From the NCBI RefSeq assembly GCF_026626745.1, contig NZ_JAPNJW010000001.1, positions 844,311 through 908,310 on the forward strand: a stretch of DNA of 64,000 nucleotides. The letters are read 5' to 3'. Under the pieces are notes generated by a model, which was not told the DNA's origin, searched no databases, and saw only the letters and a list, made by a program, of their open reading frames with translations. The position numbers and the translations under genes were made by a program. Shown here in pieces: positions 51,701-59,760 of the stretch. The DNA is from Nannocystis sp. RBIL2 (GTDB taxonomy: Bacteria > Myxococcota_A > Polyangia > Nannocystales > Nannocystaceae). Numbering within the stretch: the stretch's first letter is position 1; each line of letters starts with the position of its first letter.

Positions 51701-52135
51701 CGGACTGTAGGAGAACGTGTAGTACGTCTCCTCCGGGTAGCCATAGCGCTCCATGATCAGCAGCAGCGCCTCATCGTAGGTGCCCTCGTTGAGGCGCATC
51801 GCCGACGCGGCGCGCGGCCCGACCTGATCCCAGATCTCGCGCCATACGACGGAGGCGGGCTGGCCGAGCGCCTCCGGGTGCTTGCCGCCGACGATCGACT
51901 TGTAGGCGTCGTTGTACAGGTTGATGAGCTCGTCGCCCCACCAGACGAACATCGGCTGGAGCGAGGTCAGGATGATTCGCACGCAGGTCTTGAGGCTCTG
52001 CGGCCAGGTGTCGACGGGACCGAGCGGCGTCTTCGCCCAGTCGATCTCCCGCATGCGCGCGCCCATCTCGCCGCCACCGGCGAGCACGTGCATCCTGCCC
52101 GAGCGGCCGGCGGAGGCATCCGAGTCAAGCACCAT
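48773..52135 (-). CDS. 1120-aa hybrid sensor kinase with two complete HisKA/HATPase cores separated by a receiver (GAF/PAS - HK - REC - PAS - HK).
   Basis: H-boxes SHEFRTPLT and SHDLKAPLR. Two G-box regions (GSGIGLALV, GAGIGLSVV). The internal receiver is ILLADDNADMRDY ... LVLTDVMMPNLDG. Confidence 0.85.
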   Translation of the reverse strand: MVLDSDASAGRSGRMHVLAGGGEMGARMREIDWAKTPLGPVDTWPQSLKTCVRIILTSLQPMFVWWGDELINLYNDAYKSIVGGKHPEALGQPASVVWREIWDQVGPRAASAMRLNEGTYDEALLLIMERYGYPEETYYTFSYSPVPNDQGGTGGIICANTDDTQRIIGERQLSLLRELAARTTEARTWEEVCVRGAASLQTNPKDLPFALIYIADADRRRVQLAGAAGLPRGHAGAPEVASTLEDSVWPFAEALHGHERVVEIPPVLGDIPAGAWPRPPTHAVALPIAPSGETGRAGVLLVGLSPFRKLDDNYRGFLQLVAGQLAASIANAQAYEEERRRAEALAELDRAKTIFFSNVSHEFRTPLTLMLGPLEDALSAAKRRLEGADLDTAYRNAVRLLKLVNVLLDFSRIEAGRIQASYEPTDLAALTTDLASAFRSAVERAGLVFDVDCPPLSEPIHVDHDMWEKIVLNLLSNALKFTFEGTIAVALRLHGDRVELTVRDTGTGIPEHELSHLFRRFHRVQGARSRTHEGSGIGLALVHELVRLHEGTIHATSEVGVGTTFTVTIPRGHAHLPAEKINVRRTQLSSAAGAAPYVQEALRWLAGPQQGDDDLAADALVAASDPALDAGPSARILLADDNADMRDYVGRVLQQRWIVDAVPDGAVALAAALENPPDLVLTDVMMPNLDGFGLLRALREDPRTRRLPVLMLSARAGEESRVEGLEAGADDYLVKPFSARELVARVATHLQIARLRAAAEREREKLYDLFMQAPVPIAVFVGPEHRYEVANPPYCEMLGRPELVGKTVREVFPEIGEHALITSLDAVLATGQPVHVFELNIPVLRQGVVREAYFNSVAQPIRDASDVVTGAMVVAFEVTEQVLARQRVERLSEELALSNKELDQFAYVASHDLKAPLRGIASLSQWIEEALADKLDEESQRHMHLLRGRVLRLETLIDGILHYSRAGRVRVDAITVDTGQLLAEVVELLSPPPSARITIAPGMPTLTTERVPLQQVFQNLISNALKHARRDDVHIAVSWRDAGQLYEFSFRDDGPGIAPEFHERIWGLFQTLESRDKFEGAGIGLSVVKKIVESRGGSVALESQPGAGATFLVRWPKRSG

Positions 52136-52848
52136 GGTTCTCCCATTACCTCACCGAAGTCCGACTGAGAAGGACCGCGCCGATCACGAAGCCGAGGTAC
52201 GCCCGGGATGACAATCCTTGCGCAGACTCACCGGCCAATGGGCCCTTCAGGTCGCGTGAATCGAATCGCCGCCTCGAGGCGAGCGGCCCACGACTTTGGC
52301 GCGCAATTTCCGCCCTCCCGCAGGGCTTGTGAAGGCATTACGGGCTCCGAACGGAGCGATAGACGGACACCGGAGATGTCAACCCGGGAGGCATGGCGAC
52401 GAGGCCGCCACGCGCAACCGCGGGCACCGGGCGAGGCTACCGCCGGCCTCTGCAATAGCACGACGGCAGATCGTGGTGGGCCCGAGGTCCCGCGGCAGCG
52501 GCCAGCGGATCGCGTCGACGCTGCGCACCCGCGATCCCTTCCGTCCCGTGCGGCCTGACGGTCGGGTCGTGGATGTGCTCGGACCCGATTTTTTCGAACT
52601 CGAGCGACGGGCGCGGCGAGCAGGCACAGCAGGCACAGCAAGCCCACGCTGCGGGTCGCGCAACGGTTCTCCGTCGAACTCACCGCGGATCGCAAGGCAA
52701 CGACGACATCGATTTCGCTGGACATCCTGGGGCCAGAAAGGCACCTCTCACCGGCGAGCCAGTGGAAGCAGCACGCACGCCCGGCTCGGTCCATACATTT
52801 GCACGGTCCCTACAATCGTTTCGTTCTGTCGCTGACGGAGACGGCGTC

Positions 52849-54186
52849 ATGAGCGCGCCTGGAAGAGTCAACATTCTCCTCGTGGACGACCAGCCGGCCC
52901 GGCTGCTCAGCTACGAGACCATCCTCGCACCGCTCGCGCAGAACCTGGTGCGCGCCACCTCGGGCGCCGAAGCGCTGCAGAGGGTCCTGCGCGAGGAATT
53001 CGCCGTCATCCTCCTGGACGTCAGCATGCCGGAGATGGACGGCTTCGAGACCGCGGCGCTGATCCACCAGCACCCGCGCTTCGAGCGGACGCCGATCATC
53101 TTCGTCACCGGCCACGACATGACCGAGCTCGACGCCCTCCGCGGCTACGAGCTCGGCGCGGTCGACTACGTCTACGTCCCGATCGTCCCCGAGATCCTGC
53201 GCGGCAAGGTCTCGGTGCTGGTCGAGCTGTGCCTCAATCGCCAGGAGCTGGTGCGGGCCAACCGCGAGCTCGAGCAGGCCAACGCCCTGCTCGCGCTCAC
53301 CAACACGACCCTGCAGGCCGAGAAGGCCCGCGAGCTCGAGCAGCTCAACGCGGTGCTCGAGCAGGCCAACGCCGGCCTGGCCGAGGCCAACCGCACCCTC
53401 GCCGGAGAGGTCACCGAGCGCCAGCGGGCCGAGGAGGCGCTGCGACGCACGCACGCGCAGCTGCGGCAGGCCGACCGCCAGAAGGACGAGTTCCTGGCCA
53501 TGCTGGCGCATGAGCTGCGCAACCCGCTGGCGCCGATCCACAGCGCAGTCGAGCTGATGGGCCTCAAGGAGCTCGCCGATCCCCAGGTGGGCTGGTGTCG
53601 CGACATGATCGATCGCCAGGCCAGGCAGCTGCACCGCGTCGTCGACGACCTGCTCGACGTCTCGCGGCTCGTCCAGGACAAGCTCACGCTGCAGAGCGCT
53701 CCGCTCGACGTCGCCGTGGTCGTCGGCCTGGCGCTCGAGACGACCCGGTCGCGGATCGAGGCGCGGCGCCATCAACTCCGCCTCACGCTGCCGGAGGAGC
53801 CGATCTGGATCGAAGGCGACCGCACGCGCCTGAGCCAGGTCGTCGGGAACCTGCTCGACAACGCCGCCAAGTACACGCCCGAGGGCGGGCAGATCCGCCT
53901 CACCGTCGAGCTCGCCGCAAGCGAGGCGCGGGTGCTGATCCGCGTCGCCGACTCGGGCACCGGGATCCCTGGTGAGGTGTTGCCGAAGGTCTTCGAGCTG
54001 TTCACGCAGGCCGATCGCACCTTCCACCAGGCCCAAGGCGGTCTCGGCATCGGCCTGGCGCTGGTCCGTCGCCTGGTCGAGCTGCACGGCGGCTCCGTCA
54101 CCGCGCACAGCGACGGTCCGGGCAGGGGCAGCGAGTTCATCGTCAGGCTCCCGCGGCTCCTCCGGGAAGCGGCGCCGCGTCGCTGA
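52849..54186 (+). CDS. Hybrid REC - coiled-coil - histidine kinase, divergent from the 1120-aa kinase.
   Basis: ATG at 52849 (MSAPGRVNILLVDDQPARL). A long Q/A/L coiled coil. The H-box AHELRNPLA. HATPase motifs. Confidence 0.85.
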   Translation: MSAPGRVNILLVDDQPARLLSYETILAPLAQNLVRATSGAEALQRVLREEFAVILLDVSMPEMDGFETAALIHQHPRFERTPIIFVTGHDMTELDALRGYELGAVDYVYVPIVPEILRGKVSVLVELCLNRQELVRANRELEQANALLALTNTTLQAEKARELEQLNAVLEQANAGLAEANRTLAGEVTERQRAEEALRRTHAQLRQADRQKDEFLAMLAHELRNPLAPIHSAVELMGLKELADPQVGWCRDMIDRQARQLHRVVDDLLDVSRLVQDKLTLQSAPLDVAVVVGLALETTRSRIEARRHQLRLTLPEEPIWIEGDRTRLSQVVGNLLDNAAKYTPEGGQIRLTVELAASEARVLIRVADSGTGIPGEVLPKVFELFTQADRTFHQAQGGLGIGLALVRRLVELHGGSVTAHSDGPGRGSEFIVRLPRLLREAAPRR

Positions 54187-54189
54187 CTC

Positions 54190-55287
54190 CTACGGCTCGA
54201 CGTACGCGAGCTGAAGGATCCACCCGTTCACTGTGTTCATGAGCTGATGCGGATCGTAGGAGCAAGTCGGCGAGGTCCAGCCGCAATTTCCATCGCCCAC
54301 GACGTCCGCGACCTGGTCGTCCTGACTGAACGTCACACTGCCGAATGCGTTGAAGCCCAGGGTGCAGAACGGTGAGGCGATCTTGAACGGCGTGCCCGTC
54401 AGGTCGACGTTGGCGACGCCCGGCTCCGCCACATGCCCGCAGCCCTCCGCGACCCCGTACGGCATCGACGTCACCAGTTCTTGGCCGTGGTAGAGCCCGC
54501 CGCTCGAGCTGGCGAAGGTGAGGTCGTCGATGTCGACGGCCAGCGTGGTCGGCTCGATACGCACCCGCGTGAAGGCGGTCCGCACCGAGGCGTCGCCGGC
54601 GTATTGCGCGAAGTTACGCCCCTCCCCGACCGCCACCAGCGACAGGTATGTCCGCGGCTCGCCGGCCATGTCATGGCAGTACGCGGTCCACGGCCGGTCC
54701 GGGTCGAGGTCGACGTGCAGCGTGTAATCGCCGTCGAGCGCCGACGGATCCTCGAGCGCGATGTCGGCGCAGCTCGTCGCCTCGCAGTGGCTCGCCGCGT
54801 CGCAATCGTTGTCGACGCCGTCGCACGCCTCGGGGCTGCCCGGGGACACGGCGTCGTCCGCGTCGTCGCAGTCGTCGCCGTTGTCGCTCGCCCCCTCGGG
54901 GAGGGTGCACGCATTCGTCGGAGGCGCGCTCGCGTCGCCGAACCCGTCGCCGTCGTCGTCGGGCCAGTAGGTGACCGCGGGGACGGCCCCGCCGCCCTCG
55001 CACGCGGCGAAGCAGGCGTTCGCGTAGCTCTCGCCGTCCGCGCCGCAGGCCGGCTCAGCGCCGCCGAGGATGCAGAGGATACACAGCAGCCCCGCCTGGG
55101 GATCGGGGGCCGTGTCCTGCAACCATTCCGGGTCGCCCAGCTCGCCCGGTTCCAGGGCCTCCGCGGCCTCCTCGTCCACGTCGTCGTCCGCGGCCGCGGC
55201 CGCCGGCGACGCGGGGTCCTCCAAAACATCGCATGCGAGACCTATCCAGGGGGTGACAATCAGCAGGGTGCGAGACAGGGCATTCAT
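54190..55287 (-). CDS. Secreted lipoprotein with a Kazal-like domain, a myxobacterial Cys-rich Asp/Gly metal-binding-type repeat and a C-terminal GON-like domain.
   Basis: Lipobox IGLAC. EPACGADGESYANACFAAC follows the Kazal consensus (C-G-x-D-G-x-x-Y-x-N-x-C). DDDGDGFGD ... CDGVDNDCD are Cys-rich metal-binding-type repeats. The GON assignment is tentative. Confidence 0.6.
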   Translation of the reverse strand: MNALSRTLLIVTPWIGLACDVLEDPASPAAAAADDDVDEEAAEALEPGELGDPEWLQDTAPDPQAGLLCILCILGGAEPACGADGESYANACFAACEGGGAVPAVTYWPDDDGDGFGDASAPPTNACTLPEGASDNGDDCDDADDAVSPGSPEACDGVDNDCDAASHCEATSCADIALEDPSALDGDYTLHVDLDPDRPWTAYCHDMAGEPRTYLSLVAVGEGRNFAQYAGDASVRTAFTRVRIEPTTLAVDIDDLTFASSSGGLYHGQELVTSMPYGVAEGCGHVAEPGVANVDLTGTPFKIASPFCTLGFNAFGSVTFSQDDQVADVVGDGNCGWTSPTCSYDPHQLMNTVNGWILQLAYVEP

Positions 55288-55529
55288 GACGTGATGAATC
55301 CATTGCGTGAATCACCGGACCGACATCGTCGGCGGCCCGGCGGGGCGACGCTGCATTCGGCGTCCAGACCGAATCACCCTACCCGCTCCCCGCGGTCCGC
55401 GAATTTCTCGGGAATTTCACGCCGACGTGCGACCCGGACGGTCACGCCCGCATCGCGTCGTCCGGGGCGTCGCGAATGCGCGGCCTCGTCCGCGAGGGAC
55501 GAGCACGAGGTCGCGCTCGGCGGGCGCCG

Positions 55530-55997
55530 CTACCCGGTCGTGGCGTCGGTGGTCGACTCCGAGCCCGTGCCCGTCGTCGGTGCCGTCGTGCCCGTGGCGT
55601 CCGTCGTCGTCGTCGCGTCCGTCGTCGTCGCGTCCGTCGTCGTCGCGTCCGTCGTCGTCGCGGCCGTCTGGGTCACCTCCGTGCCCTCCGAATCGGTGTC
55701 GGGCCCGCCGTATGCGGGCTGGCCGGTGGTGCAGGCGGCGACCACGAGAGCGGCAGCCAGCGCGGCCAACGAGCCGGTGCGCTCCGCGCGGGACCGCGAC
55801 ACCCCGCAATGGGGACAGACCGGATCGGCGGCACGTACCAGTTCGTCGCATCCGGGGCAGGAGAACAGTTGAGTCTCGGGGACCAAAGCCACACGCGATC
55901 TTTCGCCCACTCCGTGGACCGTGTCAACGCGCGCGATTGCGAGCCATCTCAACTCGGCGGCCGCGTGGGATAGCGCGACCGCGCGACATGACATCAC
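55530..55997 (-). CDS. Hypothetical zinc-ribbon / TM / Thr-rich repeat protein.
   Basis: CPGCDELVRAADPVCPHCG is a zinc ribbon. The TM helix is LAALAAALVVAAC. Four DATTT repeats are encoded by 15-bp tandem repeats at about 55590-55670. Confidence 0.35.
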   Translation of the reverse strand: MMSCRAVALSHAAAELRWLAIARVDTVHGVGERSRVALVPETQLFSCPGCDELVRAADPVCPHCGVSRSRAERTGSLAALAAALVVAACTTGQPAYGGPDTDSEGTEVTQTAATTTDATTTDATTTDATTTTDATGTTAPTTGTGSESTTDATTG

Positions 55998-56006
55998 ACT
56001 GCGGCC

Positions 56007-56708
56007 TTACCAGCCGACCTTCGCGCGCACGAATTCGGCGAGTTCTGCCGCCATCGCCTCGTGCTGCGCGGCGCTCGGGTGCGTGCCGCAGCCATCGCCG
56101 ATGAGCTTCGTCGTGTAGAAGGCGTGCACCTTCGTGTCGCCGCCGGTCGCGAACTCGGCCTCGACCTCGGCGAGCGCGGTCTTCTGGTCGGTGAGGAACT
56201 GGTCGGCCGGGGTCGGCCAGCCGTCGCCGAGCATCAGACTCGACGCGAGGATGATGTGCGCCTCGGGGTAATCGCCGCGCAGCTCGGCGACGAACTCGAC
56301 GTAGGCGGCGGCGAACTCGGCCTCGGTCATCCGCGGGCGTTCGGAGTCGCCGAGCGAGAAGTCGTTGGTGCCGAGCGCGACGACGACGACGTCCGGGACG
56401 AACCCCTGCGGCTCCCACGACGGCGAGCCCTGCTGCAGCTCGAGAAACATCAGGTCGTAGACCGCGGGCATCGGCCTCGCGTCGTACAGGAACGAGTAGT
56501 TGCGGACGAGGCCGATACCGGACACCGCAGTGACATGGTATTCCGCGTCGAGGCTGCGCGCCGCGACCGCGCCGTAGGACCGCCAATTGTTATGATAAGG
56601 CTGGCCCCACCCGCCCGGGTTGCCGTAGGAGTCCGCCGAGCACTCCGGCGAGTTATTCGCGGCCTCGTTGCCGGAGCCGACGGTGATCGAGTCGCCGATG
56701 AATGCCAT
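56007..56708 (-). CDS. SGNH/GDSL hydrolase, apparently 5'-truncated (no signal peptide; it begins at the GDS block).
   Basis: MAFIGDSITVGSG is GDSL block I at residue 3. GTNDF is block III. A DxxH region near the C-terminus. Upstream it abuts the methyltransferase-like fragment. Confidence 0.55.
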   Translation of the reverse strand: MAFIGDSITVGSGNEAANNSPECSADSYGNPGGWGQPYHNNWRSYGAVAARSLDAEYHVTAVSGIGLVRNYSFLYDARPMPAVYDLMFLELQQGSPSWEPQGFVPDVVVVALGTNDFSLGDSERPRMTEAEFAAAYVEFVAELRGDYPEAHIILASSLMLGDGWPTPADQFLTDQKTALAEVEAEFATGGDTKVHAFYTTKLIGDGCGTHPSAAQHEAMAAELAEFVRAKVGW

Positions 56709-56956
56709 GCGCCGCGGCGCGGCGCGGCACCTACGTCGACGCGGTGGCGCGCTGGCTCGTGTCGGGCGGACTGCTGCTGCTCAAGACCTTCAGCAAGCTG
56801 CAGCCCGGCGACAGCGGACCGCACCGGTTCTCGCCCGACGAGATCCGCACGACCTTCGCGTCGCGCTTCGAGCTGCTGTCGGCGACCGAGACCGAGTACC
56901 AGGGCACGCTCGACCCGCTGCCGAAAGCGCTGTTCAGCGTGTTGCGGCGCCGCTGA
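56702..56956 (+). pseudogene. C-terminal remnant of a class I SAM-dependent methyltransferase-like gene.
   Basis: The product GTYVDAVARWLVSGGLLLLKTFSKLQPGDSGPHRFSPDEIRTTFASRFELLSATETEYQGTLDPL resembles a methyltransferase C-terminal segment. There is no N-terminal half and no plausible start context. Family call from memory. Confidence 0.3.
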
Positions 56957-57022
56957 GCGCGCCGACGGCCCGGGGCGACGCGGGCCGTGTCCGCCATCCC
57001 CGGCCGATGTCAGGCGACGCGA

Positions 57023-58291
57023 TCAGGCGAGGTGGGACTTGCCTGCATTGAAGTCGTTCTGCAGCGCCGACGCGATCGCGCTCTGGAGGGTCCCCTTGGT
57101 GATGATGCTGCCCAGGTCGAGCCCGAGACCGACGAGCGTCTGCGCCAGGGACGGCCGGATTCCGGTCAGGATCGTCTTCGCACCGAGCAGCTGCAGCCCC
57201 TTGGCCGTGTCGAGCAGCGCGCGCGCGACGCGGGTGTCGAGGTCGCGCAGCCCCGTCACATCGAGGATGACCACCTGCACGTGGGTCGACTGGACGCCTT
57301 CGAGCGCGACAGTCATCACCTGATGGATCCGGTCCGTGTCCATCTGGCCCACGAGCGGCATGACCACGATCCGCTCGGTGATCGGGATGAACGGCGTCGA
57401 CATCGCCTCCATCGTGTCGCGCAGCCGCTCGAGCGTCCGCTCGTACTCGCCGAGCAGATCCTTGTATGGCGTGACGTCATGGGCCGTGCCGTACACGAGC
57501 CGGGTCGACTCGTCCTCGTTCGGGTCCATGTACGCGGTCCAGGCGAGCCACTTGTAGGTGCCGTCCTTGCACTGATAGCGGTTGTCGAAGCGGATGGTCA
57601 TCTTGCCTTCGAACAGGGCCGCGGCCTCGGCGGTCGTCGCCGCTCGGTCGTCGGGGTGGACGAACTCGATGAACGGCCTCGCCGTCATCTCCTCGGGGCT
57701 CCAGCCGAGGAGATGCCGCCACGCCGGGTTGGCGTGGCGGAAGTAGCCGTTCGAGTCCAGGGTGACGAGGAGGCCCACCGAGACCCGGAACAACTTCTCG
57801 TAGACCTTGGCGTCCTGCAGCGTGGGCTCGAGCTGCGACTGCCGCTCCCGGTCGCCCGTCACGTCGATTCCCGTCGCATAGATGAGCTGCTCCGACGGCT
57901 CGTCCCCTGCGTCCACCCGCGCGGCCCAGCCGAGCCACTTGTACGAGCCGTCTTTACACAGATAGCGGTTGTCGAACCGGTCGACGGTGTTGCCCTGGAG
58001 AAGGCCGGCCACCTCGGCGAGCGTCACCTCGCGGTCGCTCGGATGGACGAACTCGATGAACGGCTTGCTCCTCAGCTCGTCGAGGGACCAGCCGAGGATC
58101 CGCTCCCATGTCGGATTGAGGGCGCGGAAGTGGCCGTTCGCGTCCACAGTGGCCAGAAGCCCTGCATAGGCCTGGAACATCTTCTCGTAACTCAGCACCG
58201 AATCCTCCCTTGCGCGGCCGTGACTGCGAGCGCTCGCTGCGGGGCCGCCCGTCGACGAATCCCCGTACGCATATGCGGAAGAGCCTCCCAC
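57023..58291 (-). CDS. Tandem-PAS / STAS-domain sensor (RsbR-like).
   Basis: Two PAS repeats (each ...FIEFVHP.DR...RFDNRY.CKDG.YKWL.W.A...). The C-terminal STAS is FIPITERIVVMPLVGQMDTDRIHQVMTVALEGVQSTHVQVVILDVTG. Confidence 0.7.
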   Translation of the reverse strand: MGGSSAYAYGDSSTGGPAASARSHGRAREDSVLSYEKMFQAYAGLLATVDANGHFRALNPTWERILGWSLDELRSKPFIEFVHPSDREVTLAEVAGLLQGNTVDRFDNRYLCKDGSYKWLGWAARVDAGDEPSEQLIYATGIDVTGDRERQSQLEPTLQDAKVYEKLFRVSVGLLVTLDSNGYFRHANPAWRHLLGWSPEEMTARPFIEFVHPDDRAATTAEAAALFEGKMTIRFDNRYQCKDGTYKWLAWTAYMDPNEDESTRLVYGTAHDVTPYKDLLGEYERTLERLRDTMEAMSTPFIPITERIVVMPLVGQMDTDRIHQVMTVALEGVQSTHVQVVILDVTGLRDLDTRVARALLDTAKGLQLLGAKTILTGIRPSLAQTLVGLGLDLGSIITKGTLQSAIASALQNDFNAGKSHLA

Positions 58292-59045
58292 GCCAATGAC
58301 GCAGGAGCGAACAGCGCCCGCCTCATAGCAAGCTCGGCCCTCCGATCATCGCAGACACTTGTCCACGAGACGCGGCTATATGTCAAGAGCACCGGACGGC
58401 GGCGGCGGCGCCGCCGCCGTGCGGTGTACGTGTTCGCCGCCGATCGGAACCACCGCCCTCCCACTGTTGCCAACGGCGATAACGCGAGCACGTTCGCGCC
58501 CGAGCGCGGACGGCGATAGGGTCTGCGATTGTTCACTGGGCGCAAAACCGGGCCCTCGTCGCCGATCCACGAGTGACGACTGGCACGATTTCTACGGACC
58601 ATCCTAGTGAATCGAAAGGGTCGGTCCGACGCCAGGGCGAATCGTGATTCGAGCTTCAGGTCGCCGATTCGCCGTGGACGAACCGCCGCCGCAGCACGGC
58701 GGCCATCTCTCGCGAGCGACGATCACTGCGGCGCCGTCGGAGCGCAGGTGGAAACACAGGCGCCGACGATGCTGATCGACGCATCGGCGACGACGATTTG
58801 ATATCCTGCTGGCCGTTCCCGTCGCTGTCGTCGTATCTGGGGGGTCGAGCCCGGCCACGCGGAGGTTGCATGACGAAGCTCACTGTCCGCCCGCCGTCCG
58901 CGCGCGACTCGGCAGACTCGCGGCGCCACGGCGTCCCGTCCCCGATCAGCCGCGAGGCCCGCCCCTGCGCAAGTGCATGGCATGCGATGCTACCCTGAAG
59001 CGGCGCGACCAGATTCTCGCCAAGGGTCGATGTCGAGGAGTGACG

Positions 59046-59462
59046 ATGAGCCAGGCATTGAACGAGTTCCTGATCAGGCTCTACGGCTTCGCCGACAAGC
59101 GAGACAAGACGGTCCAGTTCGACCGCGCGATCGCCCTCGATTGCCTCCGGAGCGACTTCGACGCGTCGATCCATTGCAGCTTCTTCGTGAACGTATTCGA
59201 TGAGAACATGCTCGTGCTGTCCTACGCGGGCAATCATCCGCGGAACGCCAGGGTGGATAGCTTGGGGGCGCCCTTCCTGCAGCGGTTTCGCCTCGCCAGA
59301 GAAACGCCAAACGCATTGCGGGAGCTGGCAGCGGCATACAAGCAGATTCGCCCTCCGGCGGGCGAGAAGAGCTGGCTCGTCTCGCGCAAGGAAGTGGCCG
59401 CACAGCTCGAGCAGCTGGCGCAGAGTCTCGAAGAGTTCCTGAGGTCCGGACCTGTGAATTGA
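59046..59462 (+). CDS. Hypothetical protein (138 aa).
   Basis: ATG at 59046 (MSQALNEFLIRLYGFADKRDK...). Protein-like composition. The upstream part of the track ORF is noise. Confidence 0.35.
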   Translation: MSQALNEFLIRLYGFADKRDKTVQFDRAIALDCLRSDFDASIHCSFFVNVFDENMLVLSYAGNHPRNARVDSLGAPFLQRFRLARETPNALRELAAAYKQIRPPAGEKSWLVSRKEVAAQLEQLAQSLEEFLRSGPVN

Positions 59463-59681
59463 GCGCGCGAGCAGCCCGACACCGAACGTCGCCGCGGTGC
59501 TGTTCTCGCCGAAGTCCTCGCGGCCGGCGGCGTGGTCATCGTCTCGAACGAGTGGAGCTGCTACGCGGAGCGCGAGAACCTCCAGCGCGGCGCTCACCGG
59601 CCTCGACAGCGAGCTGTCGTGCATGGACGCCCTCGCCGCCGACGCCCCAGGTCTCGTACCCTCGCGGCCTCACCGGGTCTT

Positions 59682-59730
59682 CGTGGTATATCCCGGCAAT
59701 GACGACCCCATCCGATTCGGCCGGCGCGTC
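59682..59730 (+). promoter_or_regulatory. Conserved 5' element, copy B: GGTCTTCGTGGTATATCCCGGCAATGACGACCCCATCCGATTCGG. Its ATG at 59707 opens a 21-codon leader (MTTPSDSAGASRRTCSAREFP) whose TGA overlaps the yceI-like ATG as ATGA.
   Basis: Aligns with copy A (39192..39250, minus strand) at about 45/50 identity. A single-base difference after TCGG shifts the frame relative to copy A. Confidence 0.5.
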
Positions 59731-59760
59731 GCGACGAACTTGCTCCGCGAGGGAATTCCC

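Noticed and set aside
52572-52598. T-tract (GGACCCGATTTTTTCG) considered as an intrinsic terminator.
   Set aside because: No convincing upstream stem. It lies in a divergent promoter region, so there is no gene end to terminate.
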